64,000 nucleotides of DNA from Chitinophagales bacterium (GTDB lineage Bacteria > Bacteroidota > Bacteroidia > Chitinophagales > JADJOU01). Shown one piece after another: positions 26,297 through 36,963 of the stretch (its first letter is position 1; each line of letters opens with the position of its first letter). Where the stretch lies: positions 14,436-78,435 of the forward strand of contig JAURJQ010000027.1 in the NCBI GenBank assembly GCA_030832185.1. The letters run 5' to 3'. The notes under the pieces were generated by a model that had not been told where the DNA came from, searched no databases, and was given only the letters and a program-made list of their open reading frames with translations. The position numbers were made by a program, and so were the translations under genes.

Positions 26297-27766
26297 ATGC
26301 ACTTTCACTCTGATAAAATAAAGACTTTTGGACTCACATTTGATGATGTCCTTCTAATTCCAGCAGCTTCATCCGTTCTACCTAGAGAGACCAATCTTCG
26401 TTCTAGGGTGAGTAGGAACATTTCATTAAACATTCCTTTAGTTTCAGCTGCTATGGACACCGTCACGGAATCTGCTATGGCTATAGCAATAGCGAGAGAA
26501 GGTGGAATAGGTATTCTTCACAAAAACCTAAGTATTGATAGGCAAGCAGAAGAGGTACGCAAAGTGAAGCGTGCGGATAGTGGTATGATTGTGGACCCTA
26601 TTACGCTTAGTGCAGATAAAACTATTGGGGATGCATTAAAAATAATGGAAGAGAACAAAATAGGGGGAATCCCTGTGGTAGATGCAAATAAGAAGCTTCA
26701 AGGTATTATCACGAACCGTGATTTAAGATTTGAAAAGAATCGAGCTCGGCCAATTACCGAGATTATGACAAAGGAAAATCTGATTACTGCCAAAGTCGGT
26801 ACGGATCTGTTGCAAGCAGAGGAAATTTTAAAAAATTATAAAATAGAGAAATTATTAGTATGCGATGAGAACAACATACTCTGTGGACTCATTACCTACA
26901 AAGATATTCTAAAAGTAAAGAATAATCCAAATTCCAATAAAGATGAAATAGGAAGATTGCTAGTGGGGGCAGCTTTGGGCGTTAATCCGACTATGCTTCA
27001 AAGGTTAGAGGCTTTATTAGCAGTAGGGGTAGATCTGATATGTCTTGATACCGCTCATGGCCACTCAGCTGGAGTCCTTGACAATATAAGGAAAATTAAA
27101 AAAGACTTTAAAAACATAGAACTTATCGCTGGTAATGTAGCTACACGTGAAGGAGCACAGGCACTTATAGATGCTGGTGTAGATGGCGTTAAAGTAGGTG
27201 TTGGGCCAGGCTCTATTTGCACTACCAGAGTAGTAGCAGGTGTAGGTGTTCCTCAGCTTTCGGCTATACTCATGGCAGCAGAAGCGTGTTCCAAGGCTGG
27301 GATACCGCTAATAGCTGATGGAGGTATACGTTATACTGGGGATCTTGCGAAGGCATTAGCCGCAGGTGCTGATTGTATTATGGCAGGATCTATTTTTGCA
27401 GGTACAGAAGAGTCGCCCGGAGATACGATACTATATGAAGGCCGTAAATTTAAATCTTACAGAGGTATGGGCTCATTAGACGCCATGGCAGAAGGCTCAA
27501 AAGATAGATATTTTCAAGATGTTGAGGATGATATTAAGAAGTTAGTACCCGAAGGAATTGTAGGAAGGGTGCCGTATAAAGGAAACCTTCGTGAAGTGAT
27601 TTATCAGTATGTAGGAGGGCTGCGCGCCTCCATGGGCTATTGTGGTGCGAAAGATATTGAGGAACTTAAAAAGGCTCAATTTATTCAAATAACTGCATCA
27701 GGAATAAAGGAAAGCCATCCTCATGACGTGAGTATTACCAAAGAAAGTCCAAATTATAGTAGATAA
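26297..27766 (+). CDS. guaB: IMP dehydrogenase
   Basis: [11 protein letters not shown]...[10 protein letters not shown]...GGIGILHKN, a CBS pair, and the catalytic loop [14 protein letters not shown] 26297 is preferred over the track's TTG 26276. Confidence 0.95.
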   Translation: MHFHSDKIKTFGLTFDDVLLIPAASSVLPRETNLRSRVSRNISLNIPLVSAAMDTVTESAMAIAIAREGGIGILHKNLSIDRQAEEVRKVKRADSGMIVDPITLSADKTIGDALKIMEENKIGGIPVVDANKKLQGIITNRDLRFEKNRARPITEIMTKENLITAKVGTDLLQAEEILKNYKIEKLLVCDENNILCGLITYKDILKVKNNPNSNKDEIGRLLVGAALGVNPTMLQRLEALLAVGVDLICLDTAHGHSAGVLDNIRKIKKDFKNIELIAGNVATREGAQALIDAGVDGVKVGVGPGSICTTRVVAGVGVPQLSAILMAAEACSKAGIPLIADGGIRYTGDLAKALAAGADCIMAGSIFAGTEESPGDTILYEGRKFKSYRGMGSLDAMAEGSKDRYFQDVEDDIKKLVPEGIVGRVPYKGNLREVIYQYVGGLRASMGYCGAKDIEELKKAQFIQITASGIKESHPHDVSITKESPNYSR

Positions 27767-27823
27767 CAACCAATATTAGTTTGTAGTTGGCTATTTTTAC
27801 CCCCTTATAATATAAAAACAGAT

Positions 27824-29629
27824 ATGTTTAAAAATTTCGATAAGAATACGATTATTGGTGCTCTATTAATAATGACCATGGTCATGTTTTACTTTAACTA
27901 CTCCAAGAATCAAATGGAGAAGAAAGTAGAGAGTGAGAAGCTTCAAAAAGCCCTTAGGGCAAAAGATATAGTATCTCAAGCAAAGGTATCGAAAGTAAAT
28001 GCTCTAGAGTCTGCTAATGGAATAAAGAACGACAGCTCCCAATTCGCAACAGCTTCTTTGAGTATTCCAGGACAGGACTTAATCTTATCTAATGAGCTGA
28101 TAAGTCTTAAAGTAAATACAAAAGGGGCTAAAATACATTCTGCTCAATTGAAAAAACATACATCCTACGAAGAGAAATTAGTAGAGTTATTGTCTGATAA
28201 AAAAACAGATTTTGACTTTACATTTTCTTTACCTCAAGGAATTATGAATTCTAAAACTATTGCATTTCAAGTGATAAATCAATCAAAAGAAAGCATAGAA
28301 TTGTCTTCATCTCAAGGATTGAGAGTGATATATACTCTGGCCCCTAATTCATATAAACTTAGTCAGAAATGGATATTGCCAAGTGGTAAAGAAAATAAGG
28401 TGTCAGTAAATTTCTCTACACAAATGAATCGACAAGAAGTCAATCTGAGTCGAGAACGACAGTTATCTACCTTAAAGTATATGCCTCAAAATGATGATGT
28501 CCTAAAGAGTCTAAGCACTTCGAGCAATGAAACGTTAGATATGACAGCCCCTCTTCAATGGATTAGTTTTGGGCAACAGTTTTTCCATACAACTATCATT
28601 CCATCGCAACCATTTCAAAAATCCATCTTAGATGTCAAATTTCAAGAGACGGATGAGAGTTATGTAAAAAACTACACAGTCAAATCAGAAATGATCCCAA
28701 CCAGCGATACCGCTGCCTTCGATTATTTTATAGGACCTATAGACTATAAGTTATTAAAAAAAGAAGGCAAAGAACTAGAACAATTGGTTCCGCTTAGTCA
28801 AGATATTCTAATTTTCCGATGGATGAAGATTTTTAATATCTATTTGATCATTCCTGTTTTTAATTTTTTATCTCAGTTCGTATCAAATTACGGAATTATT
28901 ATCCTATTATTAACTATATTTATTAAGGTCATAACTGCACCACTTTCTTATAAAACTTATAAATCAGGGGTGGCAATGAAGATCTTGAAGCCAGAGTTGG
29001 ATAAATTGAAAGCTAAATTTGGAGATGACCAAACTAAACTATCTCAAGAGCAAATGAAACTCTATGGAGAATTTGGGGTGAGTCCATTTGGAGGCTGCCT
29101 CCCCATGCTACTTCAAATGCCTATCCTATTTGCGATGTTTTCGTTCTTCCCTTCCTCCATAGAATTGAGACATGAATCCTTCCTATGGGCTACTGATCTT
29201 AGTACCTATGATTCTTTTGTTAAGCTTCCATTCAATATACCATTCTATGGGGCACATATCAGTCTTTTCGCCATGCTGAGTGCCTTGACTCAGATAGGAA
29301 TGAGTTGGTATTCTCAACGTTTACAGCCTAGTAGTCCCCAAGCTGAGCAGATGAAAATGCTCATGTACATAATGCCTGTTATGTTCTTGTTTATGTTCAA
29401 TTCATTTCCAGCGGCCCTCACCTTCTATTATTTCCTCCAGAATGTCCTAGGTATGCTACAGCAGTGGTTTTTTACTACCTTTATTATCAAGGAAGATAAA
29501 ATAAGAGCTGAAATGGAATTAGCCAAGAAAACTCCTAAAAAGCAAGGGGCATTTCAGAAAAAAATGGCGCAAATGATGGAAGAAGCTGAAAAACAAAAGA
29601 AGATGCAACAAAATCCTAACAAAAAATAA
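27824..29629 (+). CDS. yidC: Membrane protein insertase YidC
   Basis: Long periplasmic domain, then the conserved core: YGIIILLLTIFIKVITAPLSYKTYKS...MKLYGEFGVSPFGGCLPMLLQMPILFAMF. Confidence 0.92.
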   Translation: MFKNFDKNTIIGALLIMTMVMFYFNYSKNQMEKKVESEKLQKALRAKDIVSQAKVSKVNALESANGIKNDSSQFATASLSIPGQDLILSNELISLKVNTKGAKIHSAQLKKHTSYEEKLVELLSDKKTDFDFTFSLPQGIMNSKTIAFQVINQSKESIELSSSQGLRVIYTLAPNSYKLSQKWILPSGKENKVSVNFSTQMNRQEVNLSRERQLSTLKYMPQNDDVLKSLSTSSNETLDMTAPLQWISFGQQFFHTTIIPSQPFQKSILDVKFQETDESYVKNYTVKSEMIPTSDTAAFDYFIGPIDYKLLKKEGKELEQLVPLSQDILIFRWMKIFNIYLIIPVFNFLSQFVSNYGIIILLLTIFIKVITAPLSYKTYKSGVAMKILKPELDKLKAKFGDDQTKLSQEQMKLYGEFGVSPFGGCLPMLLQMPILFAMFSFFPSSIELRHESFLWATDLSTYDSFVKLPFNIPFYGAHISLFAMLSALTQIGMSWYSQRLQPSSPQAEQMKMLMYIMPVMFLFMFNSFPAALTFYYFLQNVLGMLQQWFFTTFIIKEDKIRAEMELAKKTPKKQGAFQKKMAQMMEEAEKQKKMQQNPNKK

Positions 29630-29661
29630 AAAAAACTATAGGAAAAAAGTAAGAATTGTGC

Positions 29662-29669
29662 TACTTTTG
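29662..29669 (+). promoter_or_regulatory. Bacteroidota-type -7 promoter box (TAnnTTTG)
   Basis: TACTTTTG lies 65 nt upstream of ATG 29735. Confidence 0.4.
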
Positions 29670-29734
29670 AATTTAGATAAAATAATTATACGTTAAATAA
29701 TAACAAACACCTTATAAATTTAAACATTAAAGTA

Positions 29735-32401
29735 ATGAAAAAATTTCTATTCATTTTATTGGGCTTATTGATTCTGACTGACTCCTATGCTCAAATAGTA
29801 AGAACGCACATCGGTACCACATTGTATGATTTACAAACAAATAACTCTATTCAACGAAGAGTAGCGGTTCATCCTACTACAAAAGATGTCATAGCAACGT
29901 TTACAGCTAGTCTGAAAAATGACGGAGCCTATGATGACCGAGGAACGGGCTATGCTTTTTGGAACAATGCTACCACACAATGGTCTAATTCAAAGAACTC
30001 AGTAATTACTCCGCCAATTGACACATTTTACGGTAGAATGGAAGGGACCAGAATAGGTTGGCCAAATCCTCTTTTTATAGGAAATAAAGAGATTGTAATG
30101 TCCCATAAATCTAGTCCTGGCTTAAATGGTATCTATCAGACATCCAGAGCTGCTGCCGGTGCGGGTACTTGGACCAATCTTGATGTAACTAGTGGAACAG
30201 AAACATGGCCAAGAGCCGCCGCAAGTGGAAATAATGTGGTTTTAATTAGTTCTCATTTTGATGCGTCTTTTAATGAAGTCACGGCAGGTCTTATGTTCAT
30301 CAAATCTAGCGATGGCGGAGGAACATGGAGTGCTCCCGCTGCCATTCCAGGGATAGATAAAGACAACTATACTGTAGTAGGTGGAGATAGATATGCGTTA
30401 GACCTTAATGGAAATAATATTGCTATATTGACCGGCACAGATGATGTGACGCTCTATAAGTCAACAGATTTCGGCGCTAACTGGACTAAAAAAAGTATTT
30501 TTCCTACTTCAGCGAATTTTATACCTGACGGTGAAATATTAGATAGAGCGGATAGATCAGATGGGGGTTACTCAGTTCTCGTCGATAATAGCAACAAAGT
30601 ACATTGTTTTTGGCCACGATATGTCACTTTTGTCGATCCAAGCTTAGGTCCAGAGGGTCGATATGACCCCACACGAACAGGGATCATGTACTGGAATGAG
30701 GATATGGGTAATGAACCTCCTCGTTTAATTTCGGGAACTGATTTCATTCGTGAAAATATAGCGGCTCCTCTTTCCCCTATAAATAGGTACAACACAGCCA
30801 ACCAAACACTCACCTACAACGCTTATAGAACGGCTTCAACCACTTGGCCTTCTACTGGAATAGATGCCTCTGGTACTATTTATTTATCTTATGCCTACAA
30901 TAGAGGTATCATTGATACTACACCCGCTAATACAGGTATAGGGAAAGATGCAGATCCAACGGGATACAATTTATTTGATGTGTACGTAATGAAAACTGCT
31001 GATAATGGATTGACGTGGACGGGTCCATTAAATGTAACTTCTAGTGCTACATTAGAAAACACTTACCCGTCTATGGCCAGATTGGTGGATGACAAAGTTC
31101 GTTTGGTGTATCAGGAAGACAATCTATATGGTAATGCAGTAATGACTGTGACTGGCAGCACCAATGGTACAGGAAGTCAAGCTGGACCAATACATACACG
31201 CAATAAAATATTTTATGCGCAAGTCCCAGTAGCAGACATCGTTAATCCAGCTACTGATATTACAAATCCAATGTTGCGTATTAGCAATAATTTCCAAAAC
31301 TTGGTTGTCAGAAAAGGAGTAACTCAAGTAAAAGCTGTCCTTTTTGTAGGTTGTGGTACGGATACGGTGACTGGTAAGACATTTTCTAAGACAAAGTCAT
31401 TTATAAATAATAATTATGTCGAGTTCAGTGAAGACACTTCACTTTTAACTATCATAGGTCTAGATACAATAAATACTAGCTTAGCTGGAGACCGTTTGAT
31501 AAGAATTACAGGCAGAGACTTAGCAGGTAATCGTACATTGAGAATTGGAAATACATTTTATGATACGCTAATAATGGGGATTGAGATATTAGAGGACAAA
31601 GTGGCTCCTTCCATTACTCTTTTAGGTGCAAGTCCAGGCTTTGTATATCTCAATGGACCAAATTATGTAGATCCGGGATCCGAAGTGAGTGATAACAATC
31701 CATGTACTTCTGCGTCTGTGACTAAATCAGGGACTGTAGATAAAGCCACCAAGGGTACTTATACATTAACTTATACTGCAAAAGACGGAGCCAATAATCA
31801 AGCAACAGTCACTAGAAAAGTAATAGTAGGCGTAGCACCAACAGCAAAAATTACTGAAGAGGCATTATCTGTCAATAAAATTAGCGCTAAAGGCTCTACC
31901 AGTCTTGATATACTTACAGAGGCTGGCACATCAAATACCTACAAATGGACTGTAAAAACAGGCACCTCAGCACCTGTTACAATCGGTGCAACTCAAAATT
32001 TACTAAATATAAATATCCCTAACGCAGTTAAAAGTTTTGATTCCATATGTCTTGAGGTATCAAATAATTTTGATGCATTAGCTACTCCGCCGCGCACTGC
32101 TCCTTCCCGTGAGTGTAAATTTCTTAAATACAGTGTAGGTATTTCAACTGTATCGAATGATCTCAATGTGTCTATCTATCCTAACCCTACAAATGGTGAC
32201 TTCAATATCAAAGTAGAGGGAAATAGAGAGAGAAATGCAAGAATAGTGGTTACTAGTATGGATGGAAAAACCTTATCAGATAGTAAAATGGAAATAGCAA
32301 ATTCAGTAATTCCATTTAAGTCTAATTTGGCTAGAGGAACTTATTTCATTAGTACGGAAGTAGATGGGAAAGTATATCTGGATAAAATCGAAGTAAGATA
32401 A
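29735..32401 (+). CDS. Secreted BNR/sialidase-like repeat protein with Ig-like domain and T9SS C-terminal sorting domain
   Basis: Signal peptide. Three SxDxGxTW-type BNR motifs are present (SSDGGGTWS, STDFGANWT, TADNGLTWT). An Ig-like segment follows (VAPSITLLG...YVDPGSEVSDN...GTYTLTYTAKDGANNQATVTRKVIV). The C-terminus ...VSIYPNPTNGDFNIKVE...GTYFISTEVDGKVYLDKIEVR is typical of type-A T9SS CTDs. Confidence 0.85.
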   Translation: MKKFLFILLGLLILTDSYAQIVRTHIGTTLYDLQTNNSIQRRVAVHPTTKDVIATFTASLKNDGAYDDRGTGYAFWNNATTQWSNSKNSVITPPIDTFYGRMEGTRIGWPNPLFIGNKEIVMSHKSSPGLNGIYQTSRAAAGAGTWTNLDVTSGTETWPRAAASGNNVVLISSHFDASFNEVTAGLMFIKSSDGGGTWSAPAAIPGIDKDNYTVVGGDRYALDLNGNNIAILTGTDDVTLYKSTDFGANWTKKSIFPTSANFIPDGEILDRADRSDGGYSVLVDNSNKVHCFWPRYVTFVDPSLGPEGRYDPTRTGIMYWNEDMGNEPPRLISGTDFIRENIAAPLSPINRYNTANQTLTYNAYRTASTTWPSTGIDASGTIYLSYAYNRGIIDTTPANTGIGKDADPTGYNLFDVYVMKTADNGLTWTGPLNVTSSATLENTYPSMARLVDDKVRLVYQEDNLYGNAVMTVTGSTNGTGSQAGPIHTRNKIFYAQVPVADIVNPATDITNPMLRISNNFQNLVVRKGVTQVKAVLFVGCGTDTVTGKTFSKTKSFINNNYVEFSEDTSLLTIIGLDTINTSLAGDRLIRITGRDLAGNRTLRIGNTFYDTLIMGIEILEDKVAPSITLLGASPGFVYLNGPNYVDPGSEVSDNNPCTSASVTKSGTVDKATKGTYTLTYTAKDGANNQATVTRKVIVGVAPTAKITEEALSVNKISAKGSTSLDILTEAGTSNTYKWTVKTGTSAPVTIGATQNLLNINIPNAVKSFDSICLEVSNNFDALATPPRTAPSRECKFLKYSVGISTVSNDLNVSIYPNPTNGDFNIKVEGNRERNARIVVTSMDGKTLSDSKMEIANSVIPFKSNLARGTYFISTEVDGKVYLDKIEVR

Positions 32402-32420
32402 ATATAAAATTATGCCAAGT

Positions 32421-32454
32421 AAAAATGCCACCCAATTAGGGTGGCATTTTTTTT
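32421..32454 (+). terminator. Rho-independent terminator
   Basis: AAAAATGCCACCC-AATTA-GGGTGGCAT-TTTTTTT lies 20 nt after the stop of 29735..32401. Confidence 0.85.
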
Positions 32455-32476
32455 ATCTTGACCAGATATTTAAATG

Positions 32477-32484
32477 TAAATTTG
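32477..32484 (+). promoter_or_regulatory. Bacteroidota-type -7 promoter box (TAnnTTTG), with TTG 16 nt upstream
   Basis: TAAATTTG is preceded by TTG at 32458-32460. It lies only 4 nt before ATG 32489. Confidence 0.5.
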
Positions 32485-32488
32485 TCTA

Positions 32489-33247
32489 ATGAAACTGTGG
32501 TTAAAAACTTATTTAGTTATCATGAGCCTTTTGAGCGTAAAAATTCTGGCTTCCCAGGAAACATTTTTTGGAGGCACCGCTCATTACATGTATCAGTTTT
32601 TATCTGGCGATGTAAGCCAGCATTATGGCTCTAACAATAATCTAGGATTCAATCTTAATGTGAAACTACGAAATAATATTACACTGGGGGTGGAAGGTCA
32701 ATTTCTATTCGGCAGTCAATATAAAGATTTAAGTGTACTTGGCAATATGGTAACCTCAGGTGGATTTATTATTGGGGAGGATAATTCAATAGAAACGCCA
32801 GAATTGGAGGGAAGAGGAGGCAATTTCTTTGTAGAAGTAGGAAAAATATTCCCTTTAAATAACAAGAATAAAAATAGTGGGCTGCATATAAAAGGAGGTG
32901 TGGGTTATTTATTTTACTCAGCATATAATACCGCTGATGTCAGATCGGTAACTCAGCTAAGTGGAGAGTATTTCAATGGATACAATAGACTAGAGAGTGG
33001 ATGGAGCGTCAACAGTTTTTTAGGTTATACGTTATATTCTAAAAGTAAGCTAGTGAATGGCAGTATAGGGCTACAAATGATTTACAGTGTTACTAAATTT
33101 CAAGGTGTGTTAGATTACGGTACTGGACTAGCTCACGATCAATCAGCTAGGTCTAGCTTCTTTATAGGTCCTAAAATCGGAATGACAGTCGTTTTGAAAC
33201 GATTTATGAAGCAAGATCCAAAATCGGATGGATACTTCTATAATTGA
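32489..33247 (+). CDS. Hypothetical secreted protein, probable beta-barrel
   Basis: Signal peptide (LLSVKILASQE) and a Gly/aromatic-rich alternating pattern. I recognise no family. The start may instead be the internal Met (MSLLSV...). Confidence 0.65.
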   Translation: MKLWLKTYLVIMSLLSVKILASQETFFGGTAHYMYQFLSGDVSQHYGSNNNLGFNLNVKLRNNITLGVEGQFLFGSQYKDLSVLGNMVTSGGFIIGEDNSIETPELEGRGGNFFVEVGKIFPLNNKNKNSGLHIKGGVGYLFYSAYNTADVRSVTQLSGEYFNGYNRLESGWSVNSFLGYTLYSKSKLVNGSIGLQMIYSVTKFQGVLDYGTGLAHDQSARSSFFIGPKIGMTVVLKRFMKQDPKSDGYFYN

Positions 33248-33326
33248 GATAAACATCGTTCATTATTTCTCATTAGTGGCTATTCATGAGAAGAAAATAA
33301 CATTTATTTTTTACTAAACGCTCATT

Positions 33327-34538
33327 GTGCTATTTTTCTATAAGGTTTTTTTGCATATTTATTATTTCTTCATCTATTTCTTTGCTATTAAAAATGCTAA
33401 GGCACATAAGTGGATAGAAGGTAGGAAAAATATAAAATCAAGAATAGCAGAATTAGGTATAAAAAATTGTATTTGGTTTCACGCTTCGTCTCTAGGGGAA
33501 TTCGAGCAAATAAGCTATCTTATTGAAACAATTAGAAAAAACTACCCTGACGAAAAACTTTTAGTTAGCTTTTTTTCACCTTCGGGCTATGAGGTGAGAA
33601 AAAACTTTAAGTATGCAGACCATGTTATGTATTTACCATTCGACTTTGAATCTGATGTACGATTATTCATCGAGACTATTCAGCCTAAATTAGTATTCTG
33701 GGTTCGATATGAGTTTTGGCTCAATATGCTGTCTATTTTAAAAATTAAGGAAATTCCAATTATTCTTCTAAATGGAGTTTTTAGATCTAAAACTTCTATG
33801 TTGTATCAGCCGTATTTAAAAAAATGTTTAGCATGCTTCACAGAAATAGGTGTCATCAATCAGAATTCAAAACTAAATTTGGAAAAGCTTGGCTTTGCTT
33901 CTACCGTAATTGAAGATACGCGCTATGGCAGAATGCAACAAATAGTCCAAACCCCATTTGAAGATGATGTAATTCAGCATTTTGCAAATTATGAAAAAGT
34001 TGTAATCTGTGGAAGTATATGGCCAAATGATGATAGAATAATTGGGGATAAGATAATTTCAAGCTCCCATATACAGTGGATACTCGTACCACATGAGGTA
34101 CATTTATCTAGAGTCCAAGAATTGCAAGACCAATTTCCAGGAGCGCAGCGCTATTCCCAATATGACTTCAGTAAGAGAACGAATATACTCATCATAGATA
34201 CTATAGGAATATTATCCAGACTATACCGATATGCTGATGTAGCTTATGTCGGTGGAGGATTCGACAAAGTGGTGCATAGTCTTATAGAACCAATGGCTTA
34301 TAGTCTCCCTATCATTATAGGGAAAAATATAGAAAAAAGCGAGGAGGCTAAAGAATACGTACGTCTTAATTTTGTGATTCAGGTATTCAGTTCTTATGAA
34401 TTTAATAACGCTTTAGATAGTTTTCTATATAAGAATCAAGCAGAAGCTAGGCTTAATAAGCGTGAATACTTTATGGATCGTATACATTCTATGGATACTA
34501 TCTTACAAATAGTAGCTAAGTATAGTGCTTTAAGATAA
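33327..34538 (+). CDS. waaA: 3-deoxy-D-manno-octulosonic acid (Kdo) transferase
   Basis: N-terminal TM segment, WFHASSLGEFEQ motif, and a GT-B C-terminal half (VAYVGGGF...HSLIEPMAY). GTG start. Confidence 0.8.
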   Translation: MLFFYKVFLHIYYFFIYFFAIKNAKAHKWIEGRKNIKSRIAELGIKNCIWFHASSLGEFEQISYLIETIRKNYPDEKLLVSFFSPSGYEVRKNFKYADHVMYLPFDFESDVRLFIETIQPKLVFWVRYEFWLNMLSILKIKEIPIILLNGVFRSKTSMLYQPYLKKCLACFTEIGVINQNSKLNLEKLGFASTVIEDTRYGRMQQIVQTPFEDDVIQHFANYEKVVICGSIWPNDDRIIGDKIISSSHIQWILVPHEVHLSRVQELQDQFPGAQRYSQYDFSKRTNILIIDTIGILSRLYRYADVAYVGGGFDKVVHSLIEPMAYSLPIIIGKNIEKSEEAKEYVRLNFVIQVFSSYEFNNALDSFLYKNQAEARLNKREYFMDRIHSMDTILQIVAKYSALR

Positions 34539-34587
34539 ATATATTCTATTAATGACAAATAGTTATGCAGTTATAGTTTAGGCTATC

Positions 34588-34595
34588 TATTTTTG
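34588..34595 (+). promoter_or_regulatory. Bacteroidota-type -7 promoter box (TAnnTTTG)
   Basis: TATTTTTG lies 95 nt upstream of panB ATG 34691. This would imply a long leader. Confidence 0.35.
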
Positions 34596-34690
34596 CAAAT
34601 TGATTCTATCGAACCTTGGAATAAACCAATATTAAACAAAGTAAGGCAATATTAGCTATTGAAAAATGGCAAATTTTAAAACAAACGATC

Positions 34691-35506
34691 ATGTCTATTC
34701 ATAAAGAAATCAAGCGCGTCACCACTCAAAGTCTTGAGAAATTAAAAAAAGAAGGGCGAAAAATTTCGATGCTTACCGCTTACGACTATTCTATGGCTAA
34801 ACTTATAGATGGGGCAGGGATTGATGTCATATTAGTAGGAGATAGCGCCTCTAATGTAATGGCAGGACATGAGACGACACTGCCTATAACGCTTGATCAA
34901 ATGATCTACCATGCTACCTCGGTGGTCAGAGCTGTAGAGAGAGCCCTTATCGTAGTAGATATTCCATTTGGGTATTATCAAGGAGACTCTAAACTAGCTC
35001 TAACATCTGCAATCCGTATCATGAAAGAATCGGGCGCCCACGCGGTGAAGATAGAGGGTGGTGAAGAGATTAAGGAATCTATAATTCGGATATTGAGCGC
35101 AGGAATACCAGTCATGGGGCATTTAGGCTTAACTCCTCAGAGTATATATAAATTCGGTACTTATAACGTAAGAGCAAAAGAAAAAGAGGAAGCCCTCAAA
35201 GTAGAATGTGAGGCAGAGCTTCTGCAGAGCTTAGGTTGCTTTAGTATTGTATTAGAGAAAATTCCCGCTAGTTTAGCGGATAAAATTGCTAAGAAACTTT
35301 CTATACCTGTAATAGGCATAGGAGCTGGAGGGGGTGTGGATGGACAAGTTCTAGTGATGCATGATATGCTAGGCATCAATGTGGATTTTAATCCGAGGTT
35401 TATACGTAAATATGCCAATTTACATGAAGTAGTAAACGGTGCAGTCAAAAATTATATAGCAGATGTAAAGTCGGGAAGCTTTCCGAACGAGAAGGAACAA
35501 TATTAG
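34691..35506 (+). CDS. panB: 3-methyl-2-oxobutanoate hydroxymethyltransferase
   Basis: [48 protein letters not shown]...VKIEGG...GHLGLTPQS. Confidence 0.95.
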   Translation: MSIHKEIKRVTTQSLEKLKKEGRKISMLTAYDYSMAKLIDGAGIDVILVGDSASNVMAGHETTLPITLDQMIYHATSVVRAVERALIVVDIPFGYYQGDSKLALTSAIRIMKESGAHAVKIEGGEEIKESIIRILSAGIPVMGHLGLTPQSIYKFGTYNVRAKEKEEALKVECEAELLQSLGCFSIVLEKIPASLADKIAKKLSIPVIGIGAGGGVDGQVLVMHDMLGINVDFNPRFIRKYANLHEVVNGAVKNYIADVKSGSFPNEKEQY

Positions 35507-35514
35507 CAATTAAG

Positions 35515-35766
35515 ATGAAACTTGCGGCATTAAATTCTCTATTTTCTGGATTCAATTGCGGTATTGTCTATGCACAGAGTATTATGGAGTATAAATGTTC
35601 TGAGATAGACAGTCCCCCTGTAAATCTATATGTGACAGCTAGCAGTGAACCCATGGATTATCGAGGAAAGTCCTTCTATATATTTAAATATCAATTATTT
35701 TATGCATATAAGTTTAAAAAAAGACTACATGTGCTAGTTGGAGGCGCTAAAATGATTAATAAATAA
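35515..35766 (+). CDS. Doubtful small ORF (83 aa) in the panB-lgt gap
   Basis: This is the only ORF in a 281-bp gap. The N-terminus is vaguely signal-like (MKLAALNSLFSGFNCGIVYAQS). There is no family resemblance and no promoter box. Confidence 0.25.
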   Translation: MKLAALNSLFSGFNCGIVYAQSIMEYKCSEIDSPPVNLYVTASSEPMDYRGKSFYIFKYQLFYAYKFKKRLHVLVGGAKMINK

Positions 35767-35787
35767 AATTTTATAAATATACCCTAT

Positions 35788-36963
35788 ATGATATTACTGC
35801 GCGCCTATGCCTCTATTTGGGATTTTGTCAATTCTATTTTCGGAACTAATATCCCATCAATACCACCGAACACATATGGGTTTATGATGGCGATGGCTTT
35901 TATAGTAGGGATATATCTAGCACGAAAAGAACTTGCACGGAAAACTGAACTGGGATTTTTTCCGAAAGAAACTAAAGAAATTTTCGTAGGACAAGGTATT
36001 GTTTTATCTGAAGTTATACTTTATGGTGCCTTCGGATTTTTTCTTGGCTTAAAAGTCATAGGTATAGTCTCAAATCTTGATTTATTTATAGCAGACCCTC
36101 AGGGATTTCTTCTTTCGATGCAAGGTTCTTTCTCAGGGGGTATTCTATTAGGACTAGTTATGGGTGGATATACCGCTTATGATCAATGGAAGAATAAAAA
36201 ATCACAGCCTATAAAGAAAATAGTATCAAATAATATAGAAGATAGAATAGGAGATATTCTAATTATAGCCATGATAGGTGGTGTCTTAGGTTCTAAATTG
36301 CTGGATGCTATTGATAATCCAGAGTCTATGTCCGAATTTTTATCAAATCCTATTGGTTCATTGACATCTGGCCTAAGTGTTTTAGGTGGATTATTCACGG
36401 TTTCTATTTTACTGATAATTTATGCATTTAAAAATAAGATTAAGGTTTTCCCATTTGTAGATAGCTTATCTCCTCCATTTTTTCTGGCATACGCTTTAGG
36501 AAGATTAGGCTGTCAGTTTTCAGGAGATGGCTGCTGGGGGATTTCCACAGCGGGACTGACTAAGCCGTCATTTATACCAGATTTTCTCTGGGGTAATATC
36601 TATGAGCATAATGTAAATAGAGACGGGGTGCTTATCCCTGGCTGCACAGAACCTTACTGTATGAAACTGGCAGAACCACATTTACCTACACCGCTTTATG
36701 AGACTATTTTTGTCACAATTTTATTTCTTATCTTATGGAAGTTGAGAGAGAGATTAACCATATATCCTGGAGCTATCACAGGACTATTTCTTATCTTTAA
36801 TGGATTAGAAAGATTCTTAATCGAATTCGTTCGCATCAATAATAAATATAGCTACTTTGGGCTCAATTTATCTCAAGCGCAGTTCATATCTATTTTTATG
36901 ATACTGGTGGGTAGCTGCATGATGTTGTGGGCTATTAAAATGAATAAACAAGCCACTAGCTAG
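35788..36963 (+). CDS. lgt: Prolipoprotein diacylglyceryl transferase family protein (long form)
   Basis: The first TM is YGFMMAMAFIVGIYLA. The central motif is LGRLGCQFSGDGCWG, with Cys where E. coli Lgt has Asn. LPTPLYETIF is also present. It has a ~100-aa extra segment relative to ~290-aa Lgt proteins. Confidence 0.7.
   Translation: MILLRAYASIWDFVNSIFGTNIPSIPPNTYGFMMAMAFIVGIYLARKELARKTELGFFPKETKEIFVGQGIVLSEVILYGAFGFFLGLKVIGIVSNLDLFIADPQGFLLSMQGSFSGGILLGLVMGGYTAYDQWKNKKSQPIKKIVSNNIEDRIGDILIIAMIGGVLGSKLLDAIDNPESMSEFLSNPIGSLTSGLSVLGGLFTVSILLIIYAFKNKIKVFPFVDSLSPPFFLAYALGRLGCQFSGDGCWGISTAGLTKPSFIPDFLWGNIYEHNVNRDGVLIPGCTEPYCMKLAEPHLPTPLYETIFVTILFLILWKLRERLTIYPGAITGLFLIFNGLERFLIEFVRINNKYSYFGLNLSQAQFISIFMILVGSCMMLWAIKMNKQATS

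Noticed and set aside
35663-35673. GAGGAAAGTCC, an 11-nt match to the universally conserved CR-I segment of RNase P RNA
   Set aside because: None of the other conserved RNase P RNA segments or GC-rich helices are present. There is also no room for a ~350-nt RNA before the lgt coding region. I treat it as a chance match.
35788-36963. Lgt with Cys in place of the essential Asn of the E. coli GRIGNF motif, considered as a possibly inactive paralogue
   Set aside because: I recall GR.GC....GC-type variants of this motif in Lgt proteins from other phyla. The PTPLYE motif and TM layout are intact, so the evidence for loss of function is insufficient.
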